18,908 nt of DNA from Pseudomonadota bacterium (lineage in GTDB: Bacteria > Bdellovibrionota_B > Oligoflexia > Oligoflexales > RGVZ01), in NCBI GenBank assembly GCA_041178085.1, contig JBEGVZ010000073.1, positions 1 through 18,908 on the forward strand. The letters run 5' to 3'. Each line of letters begins with the position of its first letter. Position 1 is the first letter of the stretch. The notes beneath the pieces were generated by a model. The model was not told the origin of the DNA. It made no database searches and saw only the letters and a program-made list of their open reading frames with translations. The translations under genes and the position numbers were made by a program. Positions 14,981-18,908 of this stretch are shown here, piece after piece.

Positions 14981-16852
14981 ATGACTTTCTTGGCATTGAA
15001 GAGGACAGCCTGCGCTGCAGGGGCGGCATCGCTGCTCACAGCAACCAGCGCCTATGCTGTCGATAAAACAACGGGACCCTTCCGCCTTGGCGCCGGTGTC
15101 GAGGGTGGGCGTGTGTCCGTCCTCTCGGAGAAGCCAACCGAACTGGATAAGTCGGGCCCTTCATATGGCATGAGGGCATTTGCTGAAATCAATAGCAGAT
15201 GGCTAACTTTTACTCTGGGCGGATCGAGGCAAACAACCAGGCTATCAGGTGAAGATAAAACCCGGGGCGTGGGCCAGGATTTGACGGTAAACACGGCAAC
15301 TGGCCAAACCGGTCTATTCCTGAACTTCACACGCAAGCTGAGCCTGGGCCTTGCTGGACGGATTCACAAGGGACCATCTGCAGACTATGGCGTTCAGGTA
15401 GACGACGCGCAAAAAACCTTCCGCGATGCCGGTCCAGCCTTAAGAGCATCGATTCCGCTATTAACTCGCTACAACATTATCGCCGAAGCCGCGTGGCTGC
15501 GCTCCCTGAACAGCGAAGAACGCAAGGTTAGTACGGTGCTTGCATCTCTTTCAGCGTCCATCCCGGTTAATCTGCCCTCATTTGGTAAAACCACAATGGC
15601 GGCAAAGATCATCGCTCAACCCGGCCAGATAACTTCTACGGATGAATTCCGTCCGACGGTCTCAAATCTTTATTTCCAATACGCCAGTGATGAACTCGCC
15701 CCCGAATCAATCAAAGATGTGCAAACAATCGTCGACGCCTTGAAGCGACAAAACCTGGGGGACCAAAGGATTGAGATCAGTGGGTTCGGCAGCCGCACAG
15801 GCAGTCCACGCAGGACTCTCGCAGTGTCGCTGCAAAGGGCAGAGAAAATCGCAGCAATGCTGATCGAAGCAGGCATACCAGCTTCCGCAATGGAGGTCGC
15901 CGGCTTTGGCAGCTCCGAACTTGATCCGTTGGAGGCTCCTGATGGAGACCGCCAGAGAAGGGTTGTGGTGAAGTTGAAAAGAACCCGGCCACAGCCCCAG
16001 GATGTGACTACTTATGCGCTTTCAATGAGTGGCAGGCGAATACCCCCAAGTGTTGTGTACAAAGCAGAAGAACTATGGGGAATCCTTGAAACAGTCCAAG
16101 CAATGCGTAACTCGGAGAATAAATCCCTGTCTGTCTCGGTCGATTTGCCAGCAAGCGTCGCCCGCCAACCAGGCACATGGGAGAAGGTCCGCGAAGGAAT
16201 CAATGTCATTGTTAGTGCGGGGTTGTCAAAAAATGGCCTTGTAACAAGGGTAAGTGGCAGAAGGGGAGACATCCTGTTCAAAATAACCACAACAGATAAC
16301 CGGCTTCTTGCCCGGCTAGATGAAGTCCAGCAAATGCAAAACAAGCTGGTAGCGGTAAATGTAGATCGACTTCAAACCGACGATTTACCAGACAAACTCA
16401 TTGCTTCATCAAAACTCTGGACAGCCATAGAAGTTCCTTCCAGGGAAATCCGTCAGCGTCTTATCGATGAAGGCATCGCGCCGGGCAGGATCCGACTGGG
16501 TCAGCAATCAGACCTGTGGTCTTACACGACCGAATCCATTCAGCAATCTGGTCCGAGCAAGGGCGTGATCGTTGTCCACGCCAGCCGTTCAAAAAAGAGA
16601 CTCGAGACTGCATTGCGTTCAAACGTTCCTGAACAGGTCACACGGGTGACGACACCTTCTCGGGAAAAGAAGGAACCAGCGCCCAAACCCGACCATGCGA
16701 AAGACGCTATTTTGCGATTGATGGCGAAACCCTTAATCGAGAAAGAAAAATCCACGAAACCAGATAGTAAAGAACTGCCAGCCAAATCCCATCGCAGGGA
16801 TCCGTGGCAAACGGTTCCTCTTGGGGGGGGAACTCCATCTGGCACACCGTGA
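14981..16852 (+). CDS. Exported OmpA-family protein: signal peptide, probable beta-barrel, OmpA-like C-domain, degenerate OmpA-like repeats and a Lys/Pro-rich tail
   Basis: Signal peptide ending in AYA. Alternating beta-strand pattern in the first ~200 aa. LYFQYASDEL...IEISGFGSRTG....LAVSLQRAEKI...L..AG.....AGFG...RRVVV. Confidence 0.75.
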   Translation: MTFLALKRTACAAGAASLLTATSAYAVDKTTGPFRLGAGVEGGRVSVLSEKPTELDKSGPSYGMRAFAEINSRWLTFTLGGSRQTTRLSGEDKTRGVGQDLTVNTATGQTGLFLNFTRKLSLGLAGRIHKGPSADYGVQVDDAQKTFRDAGPALRASIPLLTRYNIIAEAAWLRSLNSEERKVSTVLASLSASIPVNLPSFGKTTMAAKIIAQPGQITSTDEFRPTVSNLYFQYASDELAPESIKDVQTIVDALKRQNLGDQRIEISGFGSRTGSPRRTLAVSLQRAEKIAAMLIEAGIPASAMEVAGFGSSELDPLEAPDGDRQRRVVVKLKRTRPQPQDVTTYALSMSGRRIPPSVVYKAEELWGILETVQAMRNSENKSLSVSVDLPASVARQPGTWEKVREGINVIVSAGLSKNGLVTRVSGRRGDILFKITTTDNRLLARLDEVQQMQNKLVAVNVDRLQTDDLPDKLIASSKLWTAIEVPSREIRQRLIDEGIAPGRIRLGQQSDLWSYTTESIQQSGPSKGVIVVHASRSKKRLETALRSNVPEQVTRVTTPSREKKEPAPKPDHAKDAILRLMAKPLIEKEKSTKPDSKELPAKSHRRDPWQTVPLGGGTPSGTP

Positions 16853-16861
16853 ATTTTTTCC

Positions 16862-16888
16862 TAAAGGATCTTATGGCAGATCCGATCC
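16862..16888 (+). promoter_or_regulatory. Putative sigma-28 (FliA)-type promoter
   Basis: TAAA(G)-N15-TCCGATCC in the intergenic gap before ATG 16927. Confidence 0.55.
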
Positions 16889-16926
16889 CTCACCGGGGCT
16901 ATGATTCGATTAGAGGGCAGATAGGT

Positions 16927-18096
16927 ATGAACAATTTCAGTATCATTGGTGCAGGACTGACCGGGATCTTCTGTCTAGCACTTCCAGCCTTGGCCGCAAC
17001 CAAGCCCGCTGAACCTTTGGATTCCCGGGACGTACCTGAATACCGTGTTTTTTTTGAGCGCAGCGACAAGCTTGATGGCAAGTCATTGGCCTTTATACAA
17101 AGTTTAGCCAAAATCGCAGCGAAGAATAACGGATCCATTAAGGAAATAGTCGTCGAAGGTCATGCAAGCAGGACTGGCGCGGAAGAAGCCAACCGCCGTG
17201 TTAGCATGTTGCGGGCTGAAACCGTTGCCGGAATCTTCACTTCAGCTGGTATGAAGCCCGAAGCGATCCGCGTGACTGCCTTCGGTAGCTCGCAACCGGT
17301 CGACGAACTTCCGGCAAGCCATGCTGAACAGCGACGTGCCACGGTCGCATTTCAATTCAGTGACGACGTCACTGGACCCTTGTCGGCGTTGCAAGAACTA
17401 GCAAAGTCCAGCCTCGAATATGTTTCTGTCGAGAAAAAAGGACTTCGTGCAAGGGATGAGGTGATCCTTTCCAGCACAAGCTGGAAACCCGTCAACGGCG
17501 TTGTTGATCCAAGGACTTTCCTTCCGGCCACAGAGATTCTAGCCGTTGACCGGATGGCAAAAGCCCTGGTCAAAAGCAAGAAAACCGGGGGCTTCATTGC
17601 CATCACCATGCCCGCAAGCGCCCTCGGGAGTAAAGCCGGACGGGAAACATTCGCAAGGTACAACAGAGTGCTAAAGCAGATCGGAGTCAGCCGGCGAAAG
17701 CTGTTGACCAGGTTTGATTCCCGTTCTGAATCGATTGAAATCGCGGTACACACCTTCAAACGCAATCAAGATGTTCTGGCACTTGGCGCGAAAATTGCTG
17801 AAACAGCACGCAATTCGGCTGCCATCAGGCTGGTAGACAAACGACCGGTGGCACGCTTTGCACCATTCCTTGCGAAGAACTCCGACTTGTGGTCTCAGGT
17901 TGAAGTCGTCAACGGAGGACCCAAGGCAGAGCAGGTTCGCGCCGCTCTGATTCGCCAGGGAGTCCCGGCGAAACGAATTAAGACCCGCCCAGGTTACCTT
18001 AATCGCCGGGTGATCGTTTCCGTCAGCTCAAGCCAGGGCTCAAGTAGCGACATCCAAAAAATCCTTGATGAAGCGCTTCAGAGGACTGCTCACTAG
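16927..18096 (+). CDS. Exported OmpA-like domain protein, paralogue of the C-terminal part of the upstream gene
   Basis: ATG 16927 yields a signal peptide MNNFSIIGAGLTGIFCLALPALA. VFFERSDKL...IVVEGHASRTG....NRRVSMLRAETV....AG......AFGSSQP...QRRATV. Confidence 0.78.
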   Translation: MNNFSIIGAGLTGIFCLALPALAATKPAEPLDSRDVPEYRVFFERSDKLDGKSLAFIQSLAKIAAKNNGSIKEIVVEGHASRTGAEEANRRVSMLRAETVAGIFTSAGMKPEAIRVTAFGSSQPVDELPASHAEQRRATVAFQFSDDVTGPLSALQELAKSSLEYVSVEKKGLRARDEVILSSTSWKPVNGVVDPRTFLPATEILAVDRMAKALVKSKKTGGFIAITMPASALGSKAGRETFARYNRVLKQIGVSRRKLLTRFDSRSESIEIAVHTFKRNQDVLALGAKIAETARNSAAIRLVDKRPVARFAPFLAKNSDLWSQVEVVNGGPKAEQVRAALIRQGVPAKRIKTRPGYLNRRVIVSVSSSQGSSSDIQKILDEALQRTAH

Positions 18097-18127
18097 CCAG
18101 TCACAGGCGCGGGCAATCTTCCATAAC

Positions 18128-18167
18128 CATTGGGTTTTTCTTCTCGAAAAGAAAGCTAAACCCAATG
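18128..18167. other. Intergenic hairpin/inverted repeat
   Basis: CATTGGGTTT (18128-18137) and AAACCCAATG (18158-18167) form a perfect 10-bp inverted repeat, with an inner TTCTT/AAGAA stem. No U-tract follows. Confidence 0.55.
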
Positions 18168-18183
18168 CTGGGGACGCCGATGG
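18157..18183 (+). promoter_or_regulatory. Putative sigma-28 (FliA)-type promoter
   Basis: TAAA-N15-GCCGATGG, near-consensus, 23 nt upstream of ATG 18207. Confidence 0.65.
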
Positions 18184-18206
18184 TATTCAAGGAAGGTGTC
18201 GGGAGC

Positions 18207-18908
18207 ATGACTCAAGCAAAAAATCGGCGCGAGCAACGATCCTATGTGACCAGATTCTGGTCCGCATTGGCTGTCGTGCTATCCGGCGTGATCATGTCTC
18301 CAGAAGTATCTTTTGCGCCTCCTGCAGGCGGCGGCGCGACCTACCAGTCACCCCCAGCATCAACCGACTGGCCCGCAGCCAATGGCTGGAAGATCATGTA
18401 CTGCGGGACCGCAATATCAAACGATGGAGCAAACGACTCAACCGCCAATTCAGCCAAGGACATTATCGGCGACTCGAGCAACCCCGGTGCTTACTACGCG
18501 ACGTCTGAAAACTATCTCTTCGTCCGGATGCGCCTCGATACCAATCCGGTCAGTTCGTCACAGTTGGACTCGTCCGGATCGTGGGCATTTGCTTTTGACA
18601 CAAACGGCGATCTGACTGGCTACGAATGGATCTGGCTTGTCGACGGGGGTAACAGTCCAGTTTTGCGTCTGAATCGCTACGGATCCTCTACTGCGACCAA
18701 TACATACTCAATTTCGTACACAGGCGATTCCTGGTTTCGCAGTTCGTCCGCCGGCAGTGCGATCAACACGACCGCTGATTATTTTCTAGACATTGCCATC
18801 CCAGTGACGGACTTTGCCTCCCTTACCACTGGATTTGCGTCGACCAATCCACAATTTGCACCTGGATTGCTGACGATGTGGGCCGCCACCTCGGCGAACG
18901 CGAACAAC
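18207..18908 (+). CDS. Secreted Ser/Thr/Asn-rich protein with a DOMON/CBM9-like beta-sandwich N-terminal domain (3'-truncated; absent from the ORF track)
   Basis: Open frame from ATG 18207 to the window end: MTQAKNRREQRSYVTRFWSALAVVLSGVIMSPEVSFA PPAGG...KDIIGDSSNPGAYYATSENYLFVRMRLD...WAFAFDTNGDLTGYEW...DYFLDIAIP. AAGGAAGG and GGGAG lie upstream. Confidence 0.75.
   Translation, partial: MTQAKNRREQRSYVTRFWSALAVVLSGVIMSPEVSFAPPAGGGATYQSPPASTDWPAANGWKIMYCGTAISNDGANDSTANSAKDIIGDSSNPGAYYATSENYLFVRMRLDTNPVSSSQLDSSGSWAFAFDTNGDLTGYEWIWLVDGGNSPVLRLNRYGSSTATNTYSISYTGDSWFRSSSAGSAINTTADYFLDIAIPVTDFASLTTGFASTNPQFAPGLLTMWAATSANANN

Noticed and set aside
16804..16926. G8 tract (16823-16830) where one added G would fuse the two OmpA ORFs; 41-codon N-terminal extension in the ORF track
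   Set aside because: The second gene has its own signal peptide and promoter-like motif, so a fusion would carry an internal signal peptide. G8 is short and encodes Gly-Gly-Gly. No evidence of phase variation without reads.
129..18615. Numerous 60-230 aa alternative-frame and antisense ORFs (e.g. 4503..5186, 8365..9006, 18065..18508, 18313..18615)
   Set aside because: Shadows of well-supported genes in GC-rich DNA, with no motifs or RBS support.
1..18908. CRISPR arrays, tRNA/rRNA genes, IS elements
   Set aside because: No repeat-spacer arrays, RNA gene signatures or transposases seen; intergenic gaps are short.

Overview
Bacterial chromosomal window with three blocks. (1) 811-7922 (+): a five-gene amine-catabolic operon encoding a saccharopine/lysine-6-dehydrogenase-family enzyme, a signal-peptide-bearing flavin amine oxidase, an aldehyde dehydrogenase, GabT and a second aldehyde dehydrogenase. 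It is preceded by the truncated end of a Pro/Thr-linker, DUF5648-like protein. (2) 14858-7933 (-): a tightly packed six-gene run encoding a serine resolvase, a DUF3095-like palm/cyclase-motif protein, a ZIP metal transporter with an internal cyclic-nucleotide-binding domain, SixA, a membrane protein and Ppk1. (3) 14981-18908 (+): two paralogous exported OmpA-domain proteins and a truncated secreted protein, each preceded by a sigma-28-like promoter. The best candidate for an undescribed system is the putative nucleotide cyclase directly upstream of a cNMP-sensor/ZIP fusion, apparently co-transcribed with polyphosphate kinase. All family calls come from motif recognition by eye; no searches were run.
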